In this document: in pieces, positions 1 through 8,214 of the stretch
How positions within the stretch are numbered: position 1 is the stretch's first letter
How the letters are laid out: each line of letters starts with the position of its first letter
Notes under the pieces: generated by a model
Told to the model about the DNA's origin: nothing
Databases searched by the model: none
Seen by the model: the letters and a program-made list of their open reading frames with translations, nothing else
Assembly: GCF_005696695.1 (NCBI RefSeq)
Contig: NZ_CP040006.1
Span: 240,001 to 272,000 of the forward strand
Direction: 5' to 3'
Source of the DNA: Schaalia odontolytica
GTDB taxonomy: Bacteria; Actinomycetota; Actinomycetes; Actinomycetales; Actinomycetaceae
DNA: 32,000 bases
Translations under genes and position numbers: made by a program

Positions 1-199
1 CGTCGCGAATCTCCGTCTCGAGGATGTCGGCGCTCTCGGGGATCGCTGCGACCGTCACGGGACCCAGGCCGGCTTCGACTAGCGCCGCTGTGCAGGCAGG
101 GGTCGCCCGGTCCTCCTTCGTGCCGCGCTGGATGCGGTCGGAATAGGTGATGACGTGGGCGCTGATCTGGCTGAGGTCGTAGTCGACAGGCTTGGGCAT
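1..199 (-). CDS. MoaB/MogA-family molybdenum cofactor biosynthesis protein; only the N-terminal 66 codons are in the window
   Basis: ATG at complement 197-199, preceded by CCTCGGAGGACACC (a GGAGGA Shine-Dalgarno). The translation MPKPVDYDLSQISAHVITYSDRIQRGTKEDRATPACTAALVEAGLGPVTVAAIPESADILETEIRD shows the (V/I)SDR..G..(E)D..G..L...G....V..(I/V)P(D/E) pattern of MoaB/Mog. It is divergent from modA. Confidence 0.55.
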   Translation of the reverse strand, partial: MPKPVDYDLSQISAHVITYSDRIQRGTKEDRATPACTAALVEAGLGPVTVAAIPESADILETEIRD

Positions 200-547
200 G
201 GTGTCCTCCGAGGTGTGGTGACGTGCTGGTGACTGTGATCCTAGTCCCTTCCTGCTGTGGAGGCGGGGCTGAGGGCAGGCGTGAGCGTGAGGTGATTTTG
301 TGTGCGCGTCGCCCGAGGGAAAAGGGGCCTCCGGACGTCTGAGTGCGCTGATGCGCGACTGAAGCGGCCTGCGGATGGCGGCTCACCCCGTTTTATGATG
401 GGTGAAAACAAGTTAAATAACTTTCTGGCTTTCCCCGGTATTAAAAGCAAAAGTAACAATTTGGGTGCGCTCTTGCGAAGCGTTGCGTGCTTGCTGCGCC
501 CCTTGTTAGATTTAACGCGTTCGATTCCCTCTCAAAAGGAGATATGA

Positions 548-1342
548 GTGCGTTCCCTCCGCATCCTCCCCGCCATCGGCGCCGCCGCCCTGGCACTCGC
601 CGCCTGCACGGGCGGCTCCACCCCCGCCGACTCCACGGCCTCGGCCGAGGCGACGCAGCCCGCCGAGACCACCGTCCTTAACGTCTACGCCGCCGCCTCC
701 CTCACCGAGACCTTCGGTGAACTCGAGAAGACCTTCGAGGAAGCCAACCCCGGCGTGGACGTACGCTTCAACTTCGCGGGCTCCCAGGACCTCGTGACCC
801 AGCTCGGCGAAGGGGCGGACGTCGACGTCCTGGCCACCGCCAACGAGTCCACCATGAAGAAGGCCGCCGAGGCCTCGCAGGTCGACGCGCAGACCATCTT
901 CGTCACCAACACCCTCACCCTCATCACGACGCCCGGCAACCCGGCGGGCGTGACCGGCCTCGACTCCTCGCTCGACGGAGTCAAGCTGGTGATCTGTGCG
1001 CCCGAGGTCCCCTGCGGCAAGCTCACCAAGACCCTCACCGAGAAGCTCGGCGTGACCCTGAACCCCGTCTCCGAGGAGCAGGCCGTCACCGACGTGCGCG
1101 GCAAGGTCTCCTCTGGCCAGGCCGACGCCGGCATCGTCTACAAGACCGACGCCCTCGCCGAGGGCGACGCCGTCGACACCGTCGCCATCCAGGGCGCCGA
1201 CGAGGCCGTCAACAAGTACCCGATCGCCCTCGTGAGTGCCTCGACCAAGAAGGACCTCGGCCAGAAGTGGATCGACCTGGTTCTGTCCGCCGACGGCCAG
1301 AAGATCCTCGAAAACGCCGGATTCACGCCCGCCGCGAAGTAA
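548..1342 (+). CDS. modA: Molybdate ABC transporter substrate-binding lipoprotein ModA
   Basis: GTG start with an AAAGGAG Shine-Dalgarno at 535-541. Lipoprotein signal MRSLRILPAIGAAALALAAC (lipobox LAAC). ModA-type periplasmic binding protein sequence (NVYAAASL, FNFAGSQDL, DVLATAN, GIVYKTDA). The cognate permease follows 9 nt downstream. Confidence 0.9.
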   Translation: MRSLRILPAIGAAALALAACTGGSTPADSTASAEATQPAETTVLNVYAAASLTETFGELEKTFEEANPGVDVRFNFAGSQDLVTQLGEGADVDVLATANESTMKKAAEASQVDAQTIFVTNTLTLITTPGNPAGVTGLDSSLDGVKLVICAPEVPCGKLTKTLTEKLGVTLNPVSEEQAVTDVRGKVSSGQADAGIVYKTDALAEGDAVDTVAIQGADEAVNKYPIALVSASTKKDLGQKWIDLVLSADGQKILENAGFTPAAK

Positions 1343-1351
1343 CATCGACGC

Positions 1352-3331
1352 GTGAAGTCACGCAGGACACCCGCCGTCAGCCCCCTGCCCGTCTGGGCGG
1401 GGGGCCTCGGTGCGCTCGCCCTGTGCTTCCTGATCCTGCCCCTGGCCTTCATGCTGGGGCGCGTCAACTGGGCCACCCTCGGCACGACCCTCGCGACGCC
1501 GGAGGCGGCCTCGGCCCTGGGCCTCTCGCTGCGCACGTGCGCCATCGCGCTCGGCGTGGACCTCCTCCTCGGCATCCCCGCGGCCCTCGTGCTGTCCCGT
1601 TCGTGGCGGGGCGTGCGCGCCGCCCGTATTCTCGTCGCCCTGCCGCTCTCGCTGCCGCCCGTCGTCGCGGGCATCGCGCTGCTCGCTGCCTTCGGCAGGC
1701 GCTCGGCCCTCGGCGCGCTCCTCAGCGGCGTCGGCCTCGACATCGCCTTCACGACAACCGCCGTCGTCATCGCCCAGGTCTTCGTTTCCCTGCCCTTCCT
1801 CATCGTCACCCTCGAGTCCGCGCTGCGCGCCCGCGAGCAGGGGCTCGACGAGATGGCCTCCTCCCTGGGGGCCTCGCCCACGCGCGTGTTCTGGCAGATC
1901 ACCCTGCCGACGGTCCTGCCCGGCCTTGGGCGTGGCGCCGCCCTCGCGCTGGCCCGATGCCTCGGCGAGTTCGGTGCGACCCTCACCTTCGCGGGGTCCA
2001 TGCAGGGCGTCACCCGCACGATGCCCCTCCAGATCTACCTGGCCCGAGAGTCCGACGCGGACCTGGCCCTCGCGCTCGGCGTGGTCCTCCTCGGCGTCGC
2101 AGCCGCCGTCGTCGCGCTCACGGAAACCCCGTGGGGACGCCTCGCCTCGCTCCTTCGATCGACGAGGCCCGGGCACGCTTCCGCTGATTCGTCCGCTCGC
2201 TCCTCCGAGGCCCCCGCCGCGCTCGCGAGCCAGGCCGGCGAGGGCGTGGCCGTGCGCGTCGCCGGAACCGTGGCGGCGCGCGGATGGGACGTGGACGCGG
2301 AGCTTCGCCCCGGCCTCGTCACCGCCGTCGTCGGTCACAACGGCGCGGGAAAGTCGACGCTCGCCCAGGTGATCGCCGGGACCCTGCGCGTGGATAGTGG
2401 GACCGTCAGCATCGGCGATCGAGTCGTCGACGACGCCGCCACGTTTGTGCCCGCGCGCCGCCGCGGTGTTGCCCTGGTTTCCCAGGCACCCCGCATCTTC
2501 ACCCACATGAGCGTGCTCGCCAACGTCGCTTTCCCCCTGCGCGTGCGCGGGGCGGGGCGCGCCGAGGCCCGGGCCGCCGCCCTCGAACAGCTGCGCGCCG
2601 TGGGGATCGCCGACCTCGCGAACAAGCGCGCCTCCGACCTGTCCGGCGGCCAGGCGGCCCGCGTCGCGATCGCTCGCGCCCTCGTCTTCCGCCCCGAGGT
2701 CCTCATCCTCGACGAGCCCACGGCCGCCCTCGACGTCGAGGCCACCGCCCAGGTCTCCGCCGTCCTGCGCGAGCGCCTGGCGGGCGCCGGCATCACGACG
2801 CTGCTGGTCTCCCACGACATCGCCGAGGTCCTCTCCCTCGCCTCTCACATGATCGTCATGGGGGAGGGGCGCATCGTCGAAGAAGGCGAACCCGCCCGCG
2901 TGCTCGCCTCGCCTGCGTCGGTGTTCGCGGCCCGCCTGGCCGGACTCAATATCGTGAGTGGGCCTCCTGTGGCGCGTCCCGGCATGGTCGGCGTGCGCGT
3001 CGGCGACGGAGCGCTGTGGGCGGCTTCCGACAGCGTTGCCCCTGGCGAGGAGCCGGCACGCGTCGCCCTCACCTTCCCGCCCGAGGCCGTGGCCCTGTCC
3101 CGCGAGGAGGCCCACGCCTCGCCTCGTTCCGTCCTGCCCGGCGTCGTCGCGGGCATCGACGTTGACGGCTCCCTCGTCAGCGTGCGCGTCGCGCTCGCGG
3201 AGGGTGTGTCGGTGAGCGCCCGCGTCACTGCCGCCGCATGGTCCGAGCTGGGCCTCGGCGTCGGCGAGGGCCTGTGGGCGAGCGTGAAGGCCACCCAGGT
3301 CCGCGCGATCTGCGTCGCGCCGACCTCCTGA
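1352..3331 (+). CDS. modBC: Fused molybdate ABC transporter permease (ModB) and ATPase (ModC) with a C-terminal TOBE-like domain, 659 aa
   Basis: The N-terminal ~265 aa has multiple TM helices and the EAA-loop motif (DEMASSLGASPTRVFWQITLP). After a linker come Walker A (GHNGAGKST), the ABC signature (LSGGQAARVAIARAL) and Walker B (LILDEPTAALD). The C-terminus (GVSVSARVT....WASVKATQVRAI) resembles the ModC TOBE/molybdate-binding domain. All of this lies in a single uninterrupted frame. Confidence 0.85.
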   Translation: MKSRRTPAVSPLPVWAGGLGALALCFLILPLAFMLGRVNWATLGTTLATPEAASALGLSLRTCAIALGVDLLLGIPAALVLSRSWRGVRAARILVALPLSLPPVVAGIALLAAFGRRSALGALLSGVGLDIAFTTTAVVIAQVFVSLPFLIVTLESALRAREQGLDEMASSLGASPTRVFWQITLPTVLPGLGRGAALALARCLGEFGATLTFAGSMQGVTRTMPLQIYLARESDADLALALGVVLLGVAAAVVALTETPWGRLASLLRSTRPGHASADSSARSSEAPAALASQAGEGVAVRVAGTVAARGWDVDAELRPGLVTAVVGHNGAGKSTLAQVIAGTLRVDSGTVSIGDRVVDDAATFVPARRRGVALVSQAPRIFTHMSVLANVAFPLRVRGAGRAEARAAALEQLRAVGIADLANKRASDLSGGQAARVAIARALVFRPEVLILDEPTAALDVEATAQVSAVLRERLAGAGITTLLVSHDIAEVLSLASHMIVMGEGRIVEEGEPARVLASPASVFAARLAGLNIVSGPPVARPGMVGVRVGDGALWAASDSVAPGEEPARVALTFPPEAVALSREEAHASPRSVLPGVVAGIDVDGSLVSVRVALAEGVSVSARVTAAAWSELGLGVGEGLWASVKATQVRAICVAPTS

Positions 3332-3495
3332 TCGTTTCACTGTCTGACGGTGGCGCGAATTTTGTTACGCTTCATATGTTGTAATTCTTGGTTTTCGCAT
3401 GAGCGGGATCCGCACCCCCAAAATGCGGAGCACAGCCTATTTTCGCGGTTATTCTGCGGTTTTAATCGCCGCGTACCAGCAGTCGGTGGACAGCT

Positions 3496-3524
3496 TTGAC
3501 TCTGCGTGAGGGGTTTCCTAAGTT
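3496..3524 (+). promoter_or_regulatory. Candidate sigma-A type promoter for the 1521-aa gene
   Basis: TTGACT (3496-3501), a 17-nt spacer, then TAAGTT (3519-3524). It sits in a relatively AT-rich intergenic region, followed by an AGGAGG Shine-Dalgarno (3538-3543) and the ATG at 3550. Confidence 0.35.
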
Positions 3525-3549
3525 GTGGTGAGAACCCAGGAGGTACCTC

Positions 3550-6500
3550 ATGACAACACAGGGTCACCACGAGGCAAAGCGCCCCTATCAGCTCGGCATC
3601 GACGTCGGCTCGACGACGGTCAAGGCCGTCGTTTTGGATGGAAATCGCCGTCTTTTCTCCGACTACCGACGCCACAACGCAGACGTGCGCGCATCTCTGG
3701 GAGCCCTCCTCGCCGACGTCGAGCGCGCCCTGCCCGGCGCCCGCGTCCACGCGGCCATCACCGGATCCGGCGGCCTGACGACCGCCCGCGCCATGGGCAT
3801 CCCCTTCGTCCAGGAGGTCATTGCGGGTACCGAGGCCACCCAGCGCCTCCACCCCGAGGTCGACGTCGTTATCGAGCTGGGCGGCGAGGACGCCAAGCTC
3901 ACCTACCTGCACCCCACCCCCGAGCAGCGCATGAACGGCACGTGCGCGGGCGGAACTGGCGCGTTCATCGACCAGATGGCGACCCTCCTGCACACGGACG
4001 CCGCGGGCCTGGGCGAGATGGCGACCCGCCACACCCAGCTCTACCCGATCGCCTCGCGCTGTGGCGTCTTCGCCAAGTCCGACATCCAGCCCCTCATCAA
4101 CCAGGGCGCCGCCCACGAGGACCTGGCCGCCTCCATCTTCAACGCCGTCGCCACCCAGACTATCGCCGGCCTGGCGTGCGGGCGCCCGATCCGCGGAACC
4201 GTCATGTTCCTCGGCGGCCCCCTGCACTTCCTGCCCGCCCTGCGCGAGGCCTACAAGGCCCTCCTGCCCAAGGCCGACTCCTTCGTCACCCCCGACGACG
4301 CCCAGCTCTACGTCGCGATCGGTGCGGCCCTCCTCGCCGAGAAGGAGGCCGCCAAGAAAGCCCGCCAGGCCGAGGAAGCGGGCGCCACCTCCGTCGACTC
4401 CCGCGGTGAGAAGCTCACTACCCTCATGGAGCGCCTCGCCGCCGCCCCCGTGCAGGTCGAGTCCCCGCGCATGGACCCCCTCTTCGCCACCCCCGAGGAC
4501 CGCGAGGAGTTCATGGCCCGCCACAGCCTCGACGTCATCCCCAAGGCCAGCCTCGACGAGGCCGAGGGCCGCTGCTGGCTCGGCATCGACGCGGGCTCCA
4601 CGACGATCAAGGCCGTCGTCATCGACTCCCAGGACCGCATCGTCTTCACCCACTACGCCTCCAACGAGGGCGACCCCGTGGCCGCGGCCGTCGACATCGT
4701 GCGCGCCGTCCGCTCGGCTCTGCCGCAGGGGTGCGAGATCGGCCGCTCGTGCGCGACCGGCTACGGCGAGGGCCTCGTCAAGTCCGCCCTCACCATGGAC
4801 GAGGGCGAGATTGAGACGATGGCGCACTACCGCGCCGCCGAGTTCATCTGCCCCGGCGTCACCTCCGTCATCGACATCGGCGGCCAGGACATGAAGTACC
4901 TGCGCATCCGCGACCACGCGGTGGACTCCATTTCCGTCAATGAGGCCTGCTCCTCGGGCTGCGGCTCCTTCCTGCAGACCTTCGCGCAGACGATGGGCAC
5001 CGACGTACGCTCCTTCGCGCGCATGGCCATGGAGTCCGAATCTCCCGTGGACCTGGGCACCCGCTGCACGGTGTTCATGAACTCCTCCGTCAAGCAGGCG
5101 CAGAAGGAAGGCGCGGACGTGCGCGACATCAGCGCCGGCCTCTCCTACTCCGTCGTGCGCAACGCCCTCTACAAGGTCATCAAGCTCAAGGAGCCCTCGG
5201 ACCTGGGTGAGCGCGTCGTCGTCCAGGGCGGCACATTCCTCAACGACTCGGTGCTGCGCGCCTTCGAGCTGCTCACCGGCCGCGAGGTCGTGCGCCCTGA
5301 CATTGCGGGCCTCATGGGGGCGTACGGAGCCGCCCTGACCGCGCGCATGCACGACACGGGTGAGGGGACCTCGACGCTCGCGACGATCGAGGCCCTCGAG
5401 GGCTTCAGCGTGGACACGACGCGCAAGACCTGCCGCCTGTGCCAGAACCACTGCCAGATGACCATCTCAACGTTCTCCAACGGCGAGCGCCACGTGTCGG
5501 GCAACCGCTGCGAGCGTGGCGCATCCCTGGAGCGCGTGCCGAAGAAGTCGGACCTGCCCAACCTCTACGACTGGAAGTACAAGAGGATCTTCGGATACCG
5601 CCGCCTCACTGAGAAAAAGGCGTTCCGCGGCGACATCGGCATCCCGCGCGTGCTCGGCATGTACGAGAACTACCCGTTCTGGTTCACGATGCTGACCGAG
5701 CTCGGCTTCCGCGTCATGATCTCGGGCCGCTCCAACCACGACCTCTTCGAGACCGGCATGGAGTCCATCCCCTCGGAGAACGTGTGCTACCCGGCCAAGC
5801 TGGTCCACGGACACATCGAGTCCCTGCTGGACAAGGGCATCACGACGATCTTCTACCCCTGCGTCGACTTCGAGCAGAAGCTCACCGAGTCCGAAAACTC
5901 CTTCAACTGCCCCATCGTGGCGACCTACCCCGAGGTCATCCGCAACAACATGGAGCGCCTCTTGGAGCCGGGCACAAAGTTCATCAGCCCCTTCGTCAAC
6001 TTCGGCAACCGCGAGTATCTGCCCGCCCACCTGTCCAAGACCTTCAAGGAATACGGCTACGACATCCCGGTCGAGGAGATGAAGGCCGCCCTGGACAAGG
6101 CCTGGGAGGAGGACGCCGCCGTCAAGGCCGAGATTCGCGCGAAGGGTGTCGAAACCATCGAGTGGATGCGGGAGCACGGCGTGCGCGGCATCGTGCTCGC
6201 GGGCCGCCCCTACCACCTCGACCCCGAGATCAACCACGGCATCCCCGAGGTCATCGTCGGCCTGGGCATGGCCGTCCTCACCGAGGACTCCATCATCGAC
6301 GCGCGCCTCGAGCGCCCCCTGCGCGTCCTCGACCAGTGGTCCTACCACTCGCGCCTCTACGAGGCCGCCGCCCGCGTCGGCGACGAGCCCGACCTTGAGA
6401 TGGTTCAGCTCAACTCCTTCGGCTGCGGCGTCGACGCAATCACCGCCGACCAGGTCCAGGAGATCCTCGAAGGCCGCGGCGACGTGCACACCGTCCTCAA

Positions 6501-8115
6501 GATCGACGAGGTCTCCAACCTGGGCGCCGCCAAGATCCGCCTGCGTTCCCTCGACGCGGCGATCACCGAGCGCGCCTCCCTCGCCTCCGCGATCGACGAG
6601 GCCGGGGCCGGGGACGGTACGGACGGCGCGGAACTGGCCCCCGCCTCGTCCGTGGGCCTGGTGTCGGGTTCCGTCGACACCGCCACCCTGCGCGACCCCT
6701 CCGGTGACGCAGCCCGCGAGGAGGAGGCCGGGCACATTCAGCCCCGCGCCGTCTTCACCGAGGAGATGCGCGAGGCTGGATACGAGATCCTCGCGCCCCA
6801 GATGTCCCCGATCCACTTCCGCTTCCTCACCCCGCTGTTCGCGAGCGCGGGCCTGAAGGTGCGCGTCCTGGAGCACACGAGTCGCACCTCTATGGAGGTC
6901 GGACTCAAATACGTCAACAACGACTCGTGCTACCCGGCGATTGTCGTCATCGGCCAGCTCCTCGACGAGTTCATCTCCGGGCGCGCCGACCCCGACCGCA
7001 CGGCCGTGGGCATCACGCAGACGGGCGGCATGTGCCGCGCCAGCAACTACGCGGCCCTTCTACGTAAGGGCCTGCGCGACGCCGGATACCCGCAGGTCCC
7101 CGTCATCGCCCTGTCCGTTCAGGGCTTCGAGGACAACCCGGGCTTCCGCCTGGGCGTCACCCACATCCACAAGGCCATCCAGGCCTTCGTCATCGGCGAC
7201 GCCATCCAGTCGATGCTCCTGCGCGTGCGCCCCTACGAGGCCACGCCCGGCTCCGCGATGGACCTGTACCGCACGTGGGACGGCTACGTCCAGGAGTGGA
7301 TCACCTCGGGACGTGTGGCGGCTCTCGGTGGGCGCGTCTCCTACGGAAAGATCATCCGCGAGTGCGTGCGCGCCTTCGACGCCCTGCCCCTGCGCGATAT
7401 CCCGCGCAAGCCGCGCGTCGGCCTGGTTGGCGAAATCCTCGTGAAATTCCACCCCGACGCCAACAATCACGCCGTTGATGTCATCGAGGCCGAGGGCTGC
7501 GAGGCCGAACTGCCCGGCCTCATGCAGTTCTTCCACAACTCCGTGGCCACCGCCGCGTGGGACAAGGAGAACCTGGGCATCGAGGGTAAGCAGCGCTACA
7601 TCATGCCGATCGTTTTGTGGGCACTCAAGAAGTACGAGAAGCCCGTGCACCGCGCGTTTGCCGCGACGAACGGCAAGTTCGAGGCGCACCGGCCCATCGA
7701 AGAGATGATCGAGCGCTCCCAGGACATCGCGCGCCTGGGCAACCAGGCCGGCGAAGGCTGGTACCTGACCGCCGAAATGGTCGACATGATCGAACACGGC
7801 TGCCCGAACATCATCTGCGCCCAGCCCTTTGCGTGCCTGCCCAACCACGTCGTCGGCAAGGGTATGTTCCGCGCGCTGCGCACACGCTACCCCGAGGCCA
7901 ACATCGTGGCCGTCGACTACGACCCGGGTGCCTCCGAGGTCAACCAGCTCAATCGCATCAAGCTCATGCTGGCCACCGCCCTGCAGGACCCCCAGGCGCG
8001 CGATGGCGACGTGCTGCAGCTCGTCGACGCCGAAGAACCGGCGTCATGCGGCGGATCCGGCTCGGTCATGCTCGGCATGCCGACCATCCCGAGCAGGCGG
8101 GCGGCCTTCCGCTGA
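3550..8115 (+). CDS. Giant fusion protein of two tandem BadF/BadG/BcrA/BcrD-type (HgdC-like) activase ATPase modules, a DUF2229-like region and a 2-hydroxyacyl-CoA dehydratase (HgdB/BcrC-like) region; possibly a PlsAR-type plasmalogen synthase homologue
   Basis: The ATPase module occurs twice. Module 1 has LGIDVGSTTVKAVV, VIELGGEDAK, NGTCAGGTGAFIDQMA and SRCGVFAKSD. Module 2 has LGIDAGSTTIKAVV, VIDIGGQDMKYL, NEACSSGCGSFLQTFA and TRCTVFMNSS. A Cys cluster follows (CRLCQNHCQMT...GNRCERG). Next comes IGIPRVLGMYENYPFWFTMLTELGF (activase-associated domain). The C-terminal part has YVNNDSCYPAIVVIGQ and GITQTGGMCRASNY, typical of dehydratase D-components. Strong Shine-Dalgarno and high GC3 throughout. 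Confidence 0.85.
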   Translation: MTTQGHHEAKRPYQLGIDVGSTTVKAVVLDGNRRLFSDYRRHNADVRASLGALLADVERALPGARVHAAITGSGGLTTARAMGIPFVQEVIAGTEATQRLHPEVDVVIELGGEDAKLTYLHPTPEQRMNGTCAGGTGAFIDQMATLLHTDAAGLGEMATRHTQLYPIASRCGVFAKSDIQPLINQGAAHEDLAASIFNAVATQTIAGLACGRPIRGTVMFLGGPLHFLPALREAYKALLPKADSFVTPDDAQLYVAIGAALLAEKEAAKKARQAEEAGATSVDSRGEKLTTLMERLAAAPVQVESPRMDPLFATPEDREEFMARHSLDVIPKASLDEAEGRCWLGIDAGSTTIKAVVIDSQDRIVFTHYASNEGDPVAAAVDIVRAVRSALPQGCEIGRSCATGYGEGLVKSALTMDEGEIETMAHYRAAEFICPGVTSVIDIGGQDMKYLRIRDHAVDSISVNEACSSGCGSFLQTFAQTMGTDVRSFARMAMESESPVDLGTRCTVFMNSSVKQAQKEGADVRDISAGLSYSVVRNALYKVIKLKEPSDLGERVVVQGGTFLNDSVLRAFELLTGREVVRPDIAGLMGAYGAALTARMHDTGEGTSTLATIEALEGFSVDTTRKTCRLCQNHCQMTISTFSNGERHVSGNRCERGASLERVPKKSDLPNLYDWKYKRIFGYRRLTEKKAFRGDIGIPRVLGMYENYPFWFTMLTELGFRVMISGRSNHDLFETGMESIPSENVCYPAKLVHGHIESLLDKGITTIFYPCVDFEQKLTESENSFNCPIVATYPEVIRNNMERLLEPGTKFISPFVNFGNREYLPAHLSKTFKEYGYDIPVEEMKAALDKAWEEDAAVKAEIRAKGVETIEWMREHGVRGIVLAGRPYHLDPEINHGIPEVIVGLGMAVLTEDSIIDARLERPLRVLDQWSYHSRLYEAAARVGDEPDLEMVQLNSFGCGVDAITADQVQEILEGRGDVHTVLKIDEVSNLGAAKIRLRSLDAAITERASLASAIDEAGAGDGTDGAELAPASSVGLVSGSVDTATLRDPSGDAAREEEAGHIQPRAVFTEEMREAGYEILAPQMSPIHFRFLTPLFASAGLKVRVLEHTSRTSMEVGLKYVNNDSCYPAIVVIGQLLDEFISGRADPDRTAVGITQTGGMCRASNYAALLRKGLRDAGYPQVPVIALSVQGFEDNPGFRLGVTHIHKAIQAFVIGDAIQSMLLRVRPYEATPGSAMDLYRTWDGYVQEWITSGRVAALGGRVSYGKIIRECVRAFDALPLRDIPRKPRVGLVGEILVKFHPDANNHAVDVIEAEGCEAELPGLMQFFHNSVATAAWDKENLGIEGKQRYIMPIVLWALKKYEKPVHRAFAATNGKFEAHRPIEEMIERSQDIARLGNQAGEGWYLTAEMVDMIEHGCPNIICAQPFACLPNHVVGKGMFRALRTRYPEANIVAVDYDPGASEVNQLNRIKLMLATALQDPQARDGDVLQLVDAEEPASCGGSGSVMLGMPTIPSRRAAFR

Positions 8116-8134
8116 CCCAGCCGTGACGCCGAGA

Positions 8135-8164
8135 GGGGGACGGAGCACGCAGGCTCCGTCCCCC
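8135..8164. terminator. Bidirectional stem-loop terminator between convergent genes
   Basis: Perfect 12-bp stem GGGGGACGGAGC (8135-8146) / GCTCCGTCCCCC (8153-8164) with a 6-nt loop. It lies between the stop at 8115 (+) and the stop at 8215 (-). Confidence 0.7.
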
Positions 8165-8214
8165 TTCGCGTGTGCACCTCCTCGTGCGCACTGTCCCCGG
8201 CCTCGTCCGGTGTG

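Noticed and set aside
241-459. A 72-aa ORF (-) and an 81-aa ORF (+, 302-547) in the mog-modA intergenic region.
   Set aside because: They have no Shine-Dalgarno, odd composition and overlap each other. The region is better explained as regulatory or 5' UTR DNA.
1358-3340. A 660-aa ORF antisense to modBC. Similar long antisense or out-of-frame ORFs include 3337-5451(-), 5467-6876(-), 10042-11382(+), 14621-17224(-), 18023-19099(-), 18991-20673(-) and 29371-31425(-).
   Set aside because: These are typical high-GC shadow ORFs. Their products are Arg/Gly/Asp/His-rich with no recognisable family, no Shine-Dalgarno and the wrong codon-position GC pattern. Each fully overlaps a gene with strong homology-type evidence on the other strand.
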